From NCBI GenBank assembly GCA_951406725.2, contig OX597815.1, positions 55,118,001 to 55,182,000 of the forward strand: a stretch of 64,000 nucleotides of DNA, written 5' to 3'. This document shows positions 13,189 to 26,312 of the stretch, one piece after another. Positions within the stretch are counted from its first letter, which is position 1; each line of letters opens with the position of its first letter. The notes under the pieces are model-generated. The model saw only the letters and a program-made list of their open reading frames with translations, was not told where the DNA came from and did no database searches. The stretch is from Octopus vulgaris. Its lineage: Eukaryota. The position numbers and the translations under genes were made by a program.

Positions 13189-14546
13189 TGTAAACATGCC
13201 AAGTAAATAAACACGTAGAATCATAATAACGCCTTCAATGAGTTGTTCATTGTCCCAACACCTACCAAAGAATACATAACACCATCCTCAAGATTGCTGT
13301 TCTAGAGCAGCAAAATTGGATTGGAAAATCAATCGAAATCTTGATACAAATTGATCAGGACTCGATTAACAATATTCCAAATTTAAATGAGCTGCCGGAT
13401 GGGCATAAGCTCTATGTAGTGGTAGAAGGAGATCCAATTAAGAAACTAGAAGAGGCAATTAGATGTGGCATCGCATCAAATGTATTGGCGGCGAGGTTGG
13501 CCCTTGACCAACACTTCAACACCAAACACGAAGGATGCGTTGTCAGAGCTAGGATGCGTACTCTAAGAAGCGAAAGTATTGGAGTCGCGTGAGGTGCCCG
13601 AGTGGCAGAGGCGCAATAAGGCAACAAAGTCACTATTCGGTCTCTGATAGACGAACAGGGGCGCGAATTACTCGAGCCTAGAAATATGTGTGAGGCCTTT
13701 CAGCAGCACTTTGCTCGACTGTTCGAGACAACTGGCGAGCCAGAACGCAGGGTGGACTTCAGTACCTACTTGCATGGCCTGTCACGACTCTCGACAAGAG
13801 AGGCGGAGTGTTGCGAAAGACCCATCACAGCCGTGGACGTACGGGATGCGATGGCAGGCTGTACGGGAGACAAGTCGGCAGGCTTAGATGGTCTGTCCTA
13901 CGAATTCTATTGTCATACGCCAGACTGGTTTGGATGCGTCTTTGCAGCGGTCTACTGCAACTGGCAGCAAAACGGGAGTATCTCCGTTTCTGTGGAGCAG
14001 TGGCACTGCTAAGGAAAGATCCAAACTAGAGGAACTTCATAGATAACTTCAGGCCCTTTAACCAAGATGGTAGCGAAGAGGTTGGCGCTTGTCATAGAGA
14101 AACAGGTCGACAAGGCACAAACGTGCGCCGTGCCGGGCAGACATGGTCGTTAAGGAATCTGTCATAGGTGGGGCGCTGATCAATTTGGACCAATCCAAAG
14201 TTTTCGGTTGGGTACACCATCGATATTTGGAGGCTGTCCTCATAGCGGCTGGTTTCGGTCCCGTTTTCCGTGGCTGGATTGCTGCTTTATACACCGGCAT
14301 CCGTTCAGTAGTTTGCGTGAATGGGCATCTATCCAGACCATTTGACATTGCACGTTCGGTCCATCAAGGATGCCCCTGCGGAAGCTGGCGACGCTAAGGG
14401 GCATCCCGCGAGAATTGGGATGTGGGACGAGCGTGTCTACATACGTCATAGTGTCTAGCGACGGTCAAATCGATCTGGTCGACGTGACACTAAAAAAACT
14501 CGAAGCGGTAACGGAAGCGAAAATTAACCGGGAAAAGTCAGTGGAC

Positions 14547-17500
14547 TGTTATGTAATCATCACAACAAACATGAACAATCAACGTTGCCCATTGTCTCCC
14601 TTGATACAAGGACATTCAGTAAGTTTCCCGCCACAACAAATACCTTGTACAACAACGGCAGTCTAATAAAGTATCTCGTATCGTTAACACGTTTTTTCAG
14701 TCTCTCTCATTTTCTTAATCTTTCATACTAAGTACTCACTACTTCCTTTAATACTCAATACATTATATATATATATAACAACAACATGGTGTCAGAATAT
14801 TAAAAGAACACAAAATACAGAAACCAAAAGAAAGAAGAAGTTGAAATCATACTTCAAAGACGAAATGGAAAATTTACCGCATCCAAAAGACCTAGACTTT
14901 AATCAGGAAAATCTAGCCGCAGCATGGAAAAAGTGGAAAAAAGAATTCAATCTCTTTTTGATAGCAACAGAAAGTGACATGAAGCCAGACCAAGTAAAAA
15001 CTTCAATGTTTTTAACTTGCATCGGTTCCAAAGGCCGAGACATCCATTCCACTCTGGATTTCGATTCACCCGACGAAGAAATGAACCTTCAAACAGTAAT
15101 CGAAAAATTCGATGCATATTGTGAACCCAGGAAAAACATAACTTTCCTGAGACACAAATTCTTCACATGTGGACAAGCGGAACATCAAAAATTCGATGAG
15201 TACGTGGTAGAGTTGCAGTTATAGATGCAAAAACAGCTAAAGATCTGAACCTAATTCAGAGAATTTCAAAAATAAACTCGTCGAACACAAACGACATAAT
15301 AGAAAAATATGAAGACTGTTTCGGAGAAATCGGCACTTTGTCAATAACACATCATATCACAGTGGATCCACAAATAACTCCTGTAATTCATCCACCAAGA
15401 TCGGTTCCTTTTTCTATAAAAGAAAAACTCAACAAAGAATTAAAAAGAATGACAGAATTAGGTATCATAAAACCTGTTAGTGAACCTACAGACTGGGTAA
15501 ATTCCCTAGTCATCGTTGAAAAAGCCAACGGAAAACTCCGACTCTGTTTAGACCCCAAGAATCTAAACAAAGCCATTAAAAGGCGGAGGACATTTTTTCA
15601 CAAATGCATAACCCAAAATATTTTTCGAAACTCGATGCATCTAATGGATACTGGCAAATTCCAGTTGACGAAGAAAGCTCCCATCTGTTAACGTTCAACA
15701 CACCTTTTGGAAGGTATCGCTTCACACGACTACCCTTTGGAATTCACAGCGCCAGTGAAGTTTTCCAAAAAGAAATTGCAAAAATAATAGAGGGCATAGA
15801 AGGAGCAAGAAATTCACAGGATGACATCATAATCTGGTCCAGCACTTTAGAAGAACACACAAATAGACTACAACAAGTTTTCAATCGAATCCGAAAGCAC
15901 GGATTAAAGTTAAATAAATCAAAGTGTATCTTCTATGAATCACAAATCACGTACATTGGGCATCTATTAACCAGCGAAGGGATAAAACAAGATCCAACCA
16001 AAGTGCAAGCAATCATTCACATGCCACTGCCAACAAGTAAAAAAAATAACTACAGATGCTAGTAAGCATGGGCTCGGAGCGATACTTGAGCAGAAACACA
16101 ACGAAAGATGGCTACCTGTTTCGTTTGTATCTCGTGCAACAACTCAAGCGGAACAAAACTATTGTCCGATAGAGAGCGAAGCTCTCAGTATAGTTTTCGC
16201 ATGCAAGAAATTTCATCAGTTTATATACGGAACTCATTTCAGAATCGAAAATGACCATAAACCGTTGAAGCAAATATTCAAAAAATCGATCACTAAATGC
16301 CCCCCCAGAATCCAAAGATTTCTACTAACATTACAAAGATATGATTTTGACCTAAACCACATACCTGGTAAAGAATCAATTGTTGCAGATACCCTATCAC
16401 GTGCATACCTTGAGCAAAATACTCCAGAAGTATCAGACGAAGATATGAAATCGCACATAGATGCAGTAATAAAAAATTACCCCATAACCGACACTAAATT
16501 AAACGAGTATAAAGAAGCCACTGCAGACGACCCGTCACTACAGACACTCATCACATATACAAGAACAGAATGGCCCCCAAAAGACAAAATACCAATAAAC
16601 ATCAAACCATTCGTCTCCGTTCGCGATGAAATATCAATCGTCAATGGTCTCATTCTAAAAGGTTCAAGAATAATTGTACCTAAGTCATTACGTAGAGAAG
16701 CTCTACAGGAAATACATACCGGACACATGGGTATCGAAAAATGCATAGAGAGAGCGAAGGAATGCATATACTGGCCTGGCATTAACGCTCAAATCAAAGA
16801 CATGATTAACACATGCTCATACTGCATCGACTACAAAAACCAACAATCAGCCGAACCACTAATAAATCATGAAATACCTACTACACCATGGACCAAAGTG
16901 GGTACAGACGTATTTCACCTGTCTGGAAATTCGTATGTCACAATTATTGACTATACAACAAGATTTTTTGATCTACACGAAATATATTATTGCCAGTCAA
17001 AAACCGTAATCAAAAAATTAAAAAAAACTTTTGCTAAATTCGGAATTCCGCAAACAGTTGTAAGTGACAACGGTCCAGAATTCAATTCGGCTGAATTCAA
17101 AAGATTTGCAAAAAATTGGCATTTTCATCACACGAAGACAAGCCCGCATTATCATCAAGCGAATGGCATGGTTGAGAGAAATATACAGACAATAAAAAAG
17201 ACGCTAAAAAAGGCATTCAAAAGTGGCGAAGAACCTCAGTTAGCGCTCTTAGCATTACGCACGACTAAATTACAAAATGGTGCACCATCCCCTGCAAATC
17301 AAATAATGAATAGAACATTGCGAACAAATCTCCCAAACATACTACACGACAAAATTGGTATCAGGCCTCACGAAAAGAAGAAATCAAACATTACAACAGA
17401 ACTCCCAGAGTTTAAACCACACGACACGGTTAGAATTAAGTTTAACAACAATTGGTTTAGAAGGGGCAAAATAATTAAAAAACTAGAGCAACCTCGTTCA

Positions 17501-18003
17501 TACTTAGTAATAACAGAGGAAGGTAATACAGTCAAACGAAATAGACAACATATTCTTAAAACAAACGAACACGTTCGCATAACAGAAGAATTAGATTATG
17601 AAAATATATTTCCAAAGTCAACAAACACGCATGAAAAAACAAAAACAACACAACTACAGAATTCAACACTACAAAATAATAAAACCACAAAAAGTGGACG
17701 ACGAATAATTATTCCCTGTAGATACAGATTAAATAAATAAATAAATAAAAAAAAAAAAAGGAAGATGTTATGTAATCATCACAACAAACATGAACAATCA
17801 ACGTTTCCCATTGTCTCCCTTGATACAAGGACATTCAGTAAGTTTCCCGCCACAACAAATACCTTGTACAACAACGGCAGTCTAATAAAGTATCTCGTAT
17901 CGTTAATACGTTTTTTCAGTCTCTCTCATTTTCTTAATCTTTCATACTAAGTACTCACTACTTCCTTTAATACTCAATACACTATATATATATAACAACA
18001 ACA
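14547..18003 (+). mobile_element. Ty3/Gypsy (Mag-like) LTR retrotransposon with both LTRs, internally deleted
   Basis: LTRs 14547-14786 and 17766-18003 (TG..CA). 5-bp TSD TGGAC (14542-14546 / 18004-18008). PBS TGGTGTCAGAA at 14787; purine PPT at ~17747-17765. Gag (WKKWKKEF) at 14841, RT (LRLCLDP, SKLDASNGYWQ, SQDDIII), RNase H (DASKHGLGA) and integrase. Confidence 0.95.
16265..17740 (+). CDS. Gypsy pol C-terminus: end of RNase H plus intact integrase
   Basis: IHTGHMG..CSYC, VGTDVF, VVSDNGPEF, NGMVER and GPY/F-like PRSY motifs. Confidence 0.9.
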   Translation: MKQIFKKSITKCPPRIQRFLLTLQRYDFDLNHIPGKESIVADTLSRAYLEQNTPEVSDEDMKSHIDAVIKNYPITDTKLNEYKEATADDPSLQTLITYTRTEWPPKDKIPINIKPFVSVRDEISIVNGLILKGSRIIVPKSLRREALQEIHTGHMGIEKCIERAKECIYWPGINAQIKDMINTCSYCIDYKNQQSAEPLINHEIPTTPWTKVGTDVFHLSGNSYVTIIDYTTRFFDLHEIYYCQSKTVIKKLKKTFAKFGIPQTVVSDNGPEFNSAEFKRFAKNWHFHHTKTSPHYHQANGMVERNIQTIKKTLKKAFKSGEEPQLALLALRTTKLQNGAPSPANQIMNRTLRTNLPNILHDKIGIRPHEKKKSNITTELPEFKPHDTVRIKFNNNWFRRGKIIKKLEQPRSYLVITEEGNTVKRNRQHILKTNEHVRITEELDYENIFPKSTNTHEKTKTTQLQNSTLQNNKTTKSGRRIIIPCRYRLNK

Positions 18004-18603
18004 TGGACTTGCGGCTCGGCACTTGGAGAAGCAAGCCCATGCCGTCCAACAGCGTCTCCGTCGTGGAACGCTGAACCGACGGACCGGTTAAATTGCTCGG
18101 GGTCTGGTTCAGTCCGAACCTCCAAATGGAGAAGAACTGGGACGAGATCACGAGTAGAGCGACCACTCTCACCCAGTAATGGGCCGAGAGAAAGCTATTC
18201 CTAAGAGATCGAGCGGAGGTGACGAACGTGTACATCGTGTCCGTCATCTACTACTGCTTTACCGGCGTTCCTTGTCCTGACCCTACCATCACCTAACTGG
18301 AACGCATCCTCTTTCGCTTCTCATGGAAAGAAAGCGTACCGATGGTCAGGCAATCCGTTTGCTGCCAACACCCGCTAATAGGAGGGCTGGGCATGCCGTG
18401 GTTAATGATGTGCAGACAAGCGCTGAGACTGCGACAACTCCGGCGCTTCATAGACGAGGTTGAATAGGTATGATCGCCGTTTGTGGGACGCACATTCCCG
18501 CAGCTCATCTCTTTGACCGAACTGCAATCGTGGATCAAAACGAGGCCGAGGAATGGCGAATGGCACCGCGAGTGTCGCATTGCCTTCAAGCAGCTCTACC
18601 GAC

Positions 18604-18961
18604 CCGGTTTGAACTTGTACGACTGCAATACCACCAAAGCATTCTATAAAGGATTAGTGGAGGGGAGGTATGACGACGATCTTGGGGAGAACCTGGGCGT
18701 CGGCGAGGAATACCTGACTCGCCTATTCAAGACAACTTTCGGGCCGGGACCTATGGGCAACTTCCCTGGCAGTGCTATCGGGACCGGTTTGAACTTGTAC
18801 GACTGCAATACCACCAAAGCATTCTATAAAGGATTAGTGGAGGGGAGGTATGACGACGATCTTGGGGAGAACCTGGGCGTCGATGAAGAATACCTGACCC
18901 GCCTGTTCAAGACAACTTTCGGACCGGGACCTATGGGCAACTTCCCTGGCAGTGCTATCGA
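18604..18961 (+). repeat. 180-bp in-frame tandem duplication inside the Tx1 LINE
   Basis: GLNLYDCNTTKAFYKGLVEGRYDDDLGENLGV..NFPGSAI is repeated twice in ORF 18483..19217. Confidence 0.9.
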
Positions 18962-20205
18962 GAAGCACTACGCGTTCGAGATAAGCTCTACAGGCATGGC
19001 TCTAGAAACACCGGGCCGGCCTACCCCAGATGCGGTCAGACCGACGAAGCCGTTCTGCACGCACTTGTGCAGTGTTAAACCATTTCCGACTTGTGTGCTT
19101 ATGTCGAACAATTGTTGTCGTGTATGGAACGATTTGGTTTATCTGCCGAGCCTATCGTTAATATTTCCCCGCCTCCTTCCTTCAAACGGGAAGGAAGAGC
19201 TGTTCTCATTGTACTAGTGGCTATGGCGAAAGAATATGGTAGACGCGTTTGAAAGGCCTAGAAACAAACAGTTACCTCTCTGGTCAATCACTCATCAACT
19301 TTTTCAAGTATCACTTGAAAAGGTAGGTGAGAGTAGAGAGGGAAGTTTTGTCTGGTGAACTTTCATTAAAAGATGGGTGAATGTTGCAAGGATGGCACGT
19401 GTGAATGATGGACCCACCTTGAGTCTATCCTATGAACCAAAGAGAAAGAAAAAGAGAGTACTTCGCTCTAAAGTACTTTTGTATTTCATTGCCCGAGGTC
19501 TTTTCGTACGCTTTTCTTTACGCGGATAAACCTAATGTGTTTTTTTTACATTTTTACTCTTTTACTGTGATACACGATCCCTTTTGATGATTTTTTTTCT
19601 TACACTATCCCTTTTGATCGGAAATTTATTTTCTCCTCCTTTTTTTTCTCTCTATTTTCTTCTTTTTCTCTCGAAAAGAAAAACTCTACATTGTATTTTG
19701 TCCCCTCTGTATTCGGCCATGTGGGGCTAATAAAGAAAATTATCTTCTACAACTATCATAACAATTTCTACACTTTTACAGTCCCAGCACCATGACACCA
19801 CTGCGTAAACCATTTGATGCATAACGGACCGACGCCTCTTCTGTCTCGCTCCAGAGTCCTCTTTATCATCATCAATGAGTAAACTAATATCAAAAGTTAT
19901 CAATATATTTAGCTTATCAAAAGGTACGAATACATGTAGTTTAACCCGAAGATAACTAATGTGTATCAACAAAACTTAAATTGGCCTCTTCAGCGTGGTC
20001 AATACACTCGAGTTATGAGTCATAGAACATGTGTTACTTAGTCAGCAGCAGTATCAACATCATCATCGTAATTATCATCACCGCCACCATCACTACCACT
20101 ACACCCTCTTGCAACTATCAGAGATTAAAAAAATAATCAAGTACCCTAGACTAAGGAAGAAAAAAAAGGAAGATTAGACTGTCTACGAGATAAGAAATAT
20201 ATCTA

Positions 20206-20240
20206 TATATAATAGACCTCCTTATTCCTTTCTATCAGTC
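20206..20240 (+). promoter_or_regulatory. Putative core promoter of FABP gene A (TATA plus initiator)
   Basis: TATATAA at 20206-20212 and Inr-like TCAGTC at 20235-20240 (~30 bp spacing), ~80 nt before the ATG. GATA-type AGATAA at ~20188. Confidence 0.6.
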
Positions 20241-20316
20241 AACTGACTAAAGTACTGCGTGGCATCGCAAGAGATCGAAGTTTTTAATATCTATTTCAAA
20301 TACTTTGCAAGCAAAG

Positions 20317-20392
20317 ATGGACAACTTTGTCGGAAAATGGGAACAAAGTGATGCAGAACCAACAAACTTTGATGCCTTTCTTGATGCTACAG
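20317..20392 (+). CDS. FABP: FABP/iLBP-family gene A, exon 1 (MDNFVGKWEQSDAEPTNFDAFLDAT-G)
   Basis: FxGKW and NFDxF calycin/FABP signature; 76 nt; phase-1 donor AG/GTAAT. Confidence 0.9.
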
Positions 20393-21029
20393 GTAATGTT
20401 TTTCTCTTTTTGTATTTCGTAATATTTACTTTCCTTCCTCTTTTATTTATTTTAAAAAATACTTCTATTTGAGACGCTTTGCATCCAGTTTGACTATTCT
20501 GACACTTTTTAAATGTTGTTACAAATCCATTCATTCATTCGTTTATTTATTCCTATCATTCTTCAAGCGTTTCTTTTTTAGTTTCTAGATCTATGAGAGA
20601 ATAGCATAAATCATTGGGCCGTTTGAAGGGGATTTCTAAATGACATTTTGGTTCACCTGCACAATTCGACCTAAGCCATTGCCGCAAGAATATTGAAACT
20701 TCGTTCAATAAGATAATTAAGAGGCGGCAATTAAGCAATATTGCGCAGCTATTTAATTATAAATAGATGATTTGTGGTTATTTAAGAGTTAAAAGTATCA
20801 TTTATGAAAATAGCTCAGAAATCAAACCGCGAATATTTCGATTAGAAAGCTAGCACTCTATAACTTTTAGTTTCTATTTATTAGTTAATCTTTTTTCTTT
20901 TTTTTTTTTTGTTTTTGTAAATCGCAGTCCTTAGAGAAGTGTTAATCCCTGTGATGAAAAGCAAATGAAAAACTGAATTTCTACTAGCAGGTTATTATTT
21001 GATATTAGAGACTACATCATTCTTTTCTA

Positions 21030-21400
21030 CTCAAGGCATAAGGCCCGAAGTTTTTGATTAGATCGTCTCCAGTACGCAACTGGTACTTAATTTATCGACT
21101 CCGAAAGGATGAAAGACAAAGTCGACCTCGGCAGAATTTGAACTCAGAACGTAGACGGGCGAAATACCTATTTCTTTACTACCCACAAGGGCTAAACACA
21201 GAGAGGACGAACAAGGACAGACAAAGAGATTAAGTCGATTACATCGACCCCAGTGCGTAACTGGTACTTAATTTATCGACCCCGAAAGGATGAAAGGCAA
21301 AGTCTACCTCGGCGGAATTTGAACTCAGAACGTTACGGCAGACGAAATACCGCCAAGCATTTCGCCCGGCGTGCTAACGTTTCTGCCAGATCGCCACCTT
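21030..21400 (-). mobile_element. SINE family A, partially duplicated copy
   Basis: Two consecutive minus-strand CTGGTACTTAATTTATCGAC..GAACTCAGAACG blocks. Confidence 0.8.
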
Positions 21401-21432
21401 TGAGAGATTAGATTATTATTAGTTTCTTTTTA

Positions 21433-21645
21433 AGGTGACGAGCTGGCAGAATCGTTAGCACGTCGGGTAAAATGCTTAGCGGCATTTCAACCGTCTACGT
21501 TCTGTGTTCAAATTCCGCCGAGGTCGAATTTGCCTTTCATCCTTTCAGTGTCGATAAAATATGTATCGGTTGAACACTGGGGTCGATATAATCGACTCAT
21601 CCCCTCCCCGCATTTTTGCTGCCCTTGTGGAAAAATTTGAAATCA
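21433..21645 (+). mobile_element. SINE family A
   Basis: GGTGACGAGCTGGCAGAATCGTTAGC (A-box-like) .. GTTCAAATTCC (B box) .. GCCTTTCATCCTTTC. Confidence 0.85.
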
Positions 21646-22384
21646 TTATTATTAGCTTCTCTATTGGTGGGATTTGTTGTCAGCATGATATATGTATATT
21701 TTACATACAGTTTTGCTTTCATCCGTTATCAACCGGATACCTAGTCTTTTCAGCCATTCATCGACAATTTTCTTTCACTATTTGCCGAGAATATGTTCCT
21801 TGCTCATAGAGTTAGTATTTCTTTCACACGCCTCTATAACGAAGCCTCCTCTGAAGCTCATTAATCTTGCTGAAATTCTTAATAAGATATTGTTGATTTA
21901 GATGTAAACCCGTGACAACAGGCTTCTGGAAGTTCTGTACACTGTCACACTCCATCACACAAGTCCCCAAGCTTATATTTTAGACCCTACTGTTTGTGTG
22001 CCCATTCTATAATACGTTCCCATGGCAGTTAACTCAAGCTAAGCCATATAACAATTAATTATTAAAATATGGCTTGGCAACTCAATCATTTCTTTTTAAT
22101 CTACGTATAGCTTTCAGTTATTAGCATTATTCAAATGACTGAGTTTTGACTTTAATTTACTGCGTTTCTCCACAATCTTTTGATGTATTCTTTGTGGAAA
22201 ACAACAGGATGCACCTTGATGATTCTCATCGCTTTGGTAAAGATGCATTGTTGTTTTAGTGCCACAGCAAAGTTATTGAAGACTTGAAGCTGCCGAGAAT
22301 AATCTTCGACTCTGCTTCAAAGATACGTCGCTCCCACTCTGATGACAAATTACGATGTTCACATCACGTTTGATACTAGTTGAG

Positions 22385-22715
22385 GGCTCCAGGTTCAGTC
22401 CCACTGCGTGATACCTTGGCCAAGTTTCTTTTTCTATTGCCTCGGGGCGACCAACGCCTTGTGAGTGGATTTGGTAGATAGAAACTGAAAGGAGTCCGTC
22501 ACGCGCACTTGTGTGCGCGTGTGTGCGTGTGTCTGTATTTGTCTCCCACCAACGCTTGACAACCGGTGTCGGTATATTTAAATCCCGTAACTTAGTGGTT
22601 CGGCAAAGAGACCAATAGAATAAGTACCAGATTTTTTTTTAAATAAGTACTGAGAAAAAAATTCAAGGCAGTGCCCCTGCATGGCCGCAGTATAACTGAA
22701 ACGAGTAAAAGAGAT
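22385..22715 (+). mobile_element. tRNA-derived SINE, family B
   Basis: GGTTCAGTCCCACTGCGTG..CCTTGTGAGTGGATTTGGTAGA..AGAATAAGTAC; also at 43400 and 58252. Confidence 0.8.
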
Positions 22716-22749
22716 AAAATATATATATATATATGACACTGAGCTCACC

Positions 22750-24365
22750 CAGGTAAATCGCTTGGTTTGGACGGTGTGCCCTATGAGCTTTATGCTTACA
22801 TGCCAGACTTGTTTGGTGATCTTTTAGCAAACGCTTACTGCACCTGGCAACAGAACAGGAGAATTCTCAGTTTTGTGAGCCGAGGAGCGGTGGCGTTGCT
22901 GAGAAAAGACCCGAACAAGAGGGACTGTTTTGACAACTTTAGGCCCATAACTCTGCTGAATGCCGAGTTCAAAATTTTGGTCAAAGGATTAGCTACGAGG
23001 TTGGCGCTTGTCATCGGAGATCTGCTAGGGGAGATACAGACATGTGCCATCCCGAAAAGATCCATCCACGACAACCTCCACCTCATGTGATACATCATTG
23101 AAAAAGTGACTAAAGAACATAGTACTGGTGGGACCCCGATCAATTTAGATAAGTCTAGAGCTTTCGATAGGGTTGACCATTTACGCCTGACGGCGGTCCT
23201 CAAGGCAGCTAGATTCGGGCCTGTATTCAGCGACATCTATGCACAGATCGGTGCACACCGACACCGTTCTCAGGGAATACGAGACGGTTTCAGGAGAGAC
23301 GATTTGCCAGGAAAAATCAGTGGACTTGTGGCTCGGTACCTGGAGGAGAAAGTCCATGCCGTCCAATTGAGTCGTTGGGTGCCGGACGGACAGAACGGTT
23401 AAATTGCTCGGTATCTGGTTCGGTCCGGACCTCCAGCTGGACAAAAACTGTGACGAGGTAACGAACAGAGTGACTGCTCTCAAGCATAAATGGGCAGAGG
23501 TGGCTAACGCATGCATCGCGTCCATCAGCTACTATTACCTGACTGTCGTGCCTTGTCCTGGCCGCTCTGATTACGCTGGAGCATATACTCTTCCGCTTCT
23601 TGTGGAAGGGACGTGTCCCGATGGTCAGGCGGTCTAACTGCTGTCAGCATCCGCTGAGTGGTGGCTTGGGCATGCCGTGGTTGATGATGCGCAGACATGC
23701 GCTAAGGCTGCGACATCTCCAATGCTTTCTTGACGGTGAACAGGCGTGCTCGCCTTTCGCGAAGCACGTATTTCCGCAGCTAGTTTCTTTAACGGAGTTG
23801 CAGTCATGGGTAAAACAGAGACCAAATGAGAACATTTGGAAAGTGGAATGTCTTCAAGCGCTCAGAGCCCTCAGCCAGTTGGACAGTGCGATAGTTGGAA
23901 CGTCTACTTTAGCTTTTTAAAGAGGATTAGTGGGGGAAAGTGCGACGACGTTCTTGGGGAGACTTTGGGCATCGAATAAGGTAAGCTAGTCGCACTTTTC
24001 CGGAGAACTTTTAGGCCGGGACCGATTTCCAAAAATCTCTGGCCTGGCAGTGCTACCGGGGAGCTTTGCCTGTTTGAGATAAGCTATACAGGCACGGAAG
24101 TGCCATCAGCCGAGCATGTCCGAGATGCACGCAGGCACCCATGGTTTTTATGGGATTTTTCCATAAGCAGCCCTCGAACGTCTACTCCTCATTAAGGATT
24201 ACACATTGTTGATCTCTCTTTTTTTTATTCATTTTATCAGTCTTGTTCACACGCAAAACCTTCACAACTACACACATACACACACATACGTTTATTTTTT
24301 TTTTTTTTGTCCTGTGCTGTCCATAATGTTTTTCATGTAAACCCTTGTTGTTAATAAAGAAATCA
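22750..24365 (+). mobile_element. Degenerate Tx1/L1 LINE fragment in FABP-A intron 1
   Basis: DNFRPITLLNAEFKIL, INLDKSRAFDRVDH and GGLGMPWL; homologous to 13440-19740; AATAAA at the 3' end. Confidence 0.85.
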
Positions 24366-24385
24366 ATATTGTTGTTGTTATTGCT

Positions 24386-26245
24386 GTCAGTCTGTCAAGC
24401 CTCGCTTGGCATCGCTCCGCAGGTTTTGTAATACGTGTACTTGCACCCTTCAGGTTCATACCATCGTGGACAATAGGTTGGTTGCTGTCGAGTGGGGAGT
24501 TTATTTTCCTATTTGTCCCCCAGTTTGGGGTGGGGGACAGGCCAACTGATTTTGCTTTTCAATCAAAGGTTGTTTGCATTTTCCTCATCATCATGGAGAA
24601 AGCACATCAAAACACGGTGACGCTCATATGTGAGAGACGGGGAGAGAGTGAGGAACGTTACCAGACGTCAATAAGAGAGAGTGCGAGTGCGGCAAACGAT
24701 GGTGCGTTATACAGAAAAACAGACGATGGCTGTGTTTTTGTTGATAAAAAGAACAAAAAAAAAACACAAGGACCAATTGTTTCGAAAAGAATCTCTTGGG
24801 GTATCTTTGGAAGGACAACGGCTCTGTTTTTGACAACATTGTTCGAAATAGAAGCAGCAGTTGCAAAGATGTAAACAATGGGGACCCTTTCGTGAGCGAA
24901 GCGACGGACGATGCAAGTAATAGTAACAACAGCAACAACAACATCAGCAGCACCAACAACAACTACAACATCAGCGATATCAGCAAAAGCAACTGATAAA
25001 CACGACGAAGGAAATGAGCCAAAAACGGTTTAGAATAGCTCTAAACTTTCCTTCACTGGTGCTACCATGTCATCATTTCAGAGAATCAAATTTCCAGATA
25101 AGAAAGTTAAAAATGCCAGGCAGCTAATCGAGAGAGACGGGCTCCCATTGAAACTATCCAGAAAACGATACGTCGCACAGTGGCGTACCGTACAATCGGA
25201 TTAAAGTCAAGGAAAGTAGAAAGAGTCACAGAGGCTCAAATACAAAAAGCTTTAGGTTCCACCTGGAATGTAAATGAATATCTATAGAAATTCCGCACAG
25301 AGGAGGGTGCTAAATCTCACTCTCTGAAACCCCTCAAAAGCGAGGAGCTGTTGCAGGTTCCTTTCTACTGCGGCCAGCGACTGGTGGCCAAAATCATCAT
25401 ACAGCAGGTGCCGCCAGAAATAGCCATTCCTTGGCGACGACGTTCTTGGGGAGACCTTTGGCGTCGACGAAGATCAACTAGCTGCTCTTTTTGGAAGAAC
25501 TTTCGAACTAATGGATGACTTCCTAAAATTTCTGGCCTGGCAGTGTTACCGGGGAGCTTTGCCTGTTTGAGATAAACTATACAGGTACGTAAGTGCCATC
25601 AGCCGAGCATGTCTGAGATGCGCGCAGGACGAGAAGACGGTCCTGCATGCACTCATCCAGTGTCCGAGCATTGCTGACCTCTGGGCTTATGTCGAATACC
25701 TGCTATCGCGTGTAGGACGGATCCAGCTATCAACTGAATCCACTATGAAGATCGCCCCGCTGCCTCCCTTTAACCGGGAAGGTAGCAATGGCGAAAGAGG
25801 TTGTATGGTGGATGAGACTGAAGGTGCTGAAGACAAACACTTTTCTCTTTGGCCAATCCCTGATCAACTTCTTCAAGTTGCACTTGAAAAGGAAAATGAG
25901 TGTAGAGCGGGAAGTATTGCCTTCTTGCCAGTTTACTGAATGGTGAATGAAAGTGGCGAAAATGGGACGGGTGAATGGACCTGCCCTGAACATAGAAAAA
26001 GGCACCTGCTCCAAGAGTCAAGGTGACCATGGTTTTATGTTTTTTTTTCTCCATAACTCTCAAACTTCTCCCTATTGAGGCTTACACATTGTTGGATTGG
26101 TTTTTTTTCCAGAATGTTAATCTTTATTTACACGCAAAACCCCCACAACACACACCACACACATACACATACATTCATTGTTTTTTCCTGTACTGTCCAT
26201 AATGTTTTTCTGAATGTAAACCCTTTGTAGTTAATAATGAAGAAA
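24386..26245 (+). mobile_element. Third Tx1-like copy (possible 5' region joined to a 3' ORF2 end)
   Basis: 25432-26245 is homologous to 23940-24360 and 18660-19740 and ends in (ATT)n. Assigning 24386-25430 to the 5'UTR/ORF1 is inference. Confidence 0.6.
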
Positions 26246-26246
26246 C

Positions 26247-26312
<66 letters not shown>

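Larger units (their letters stand above)
13440..19740 (+). mobile_element. Degenerate Tx1/L1-clade LINE ORF2, interrupted by a Gypsy insertion at 14547-18003
   Basis: KSAGLDGLSYEFY, LINLDQSKVF, RSVHQGCP, KINREKS, GGLGMP and a C-terminal zinc-knuckle remnant. The sequence resumes after the LTR element; homologous copy at 22750-24360. Confidence 0.85.
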
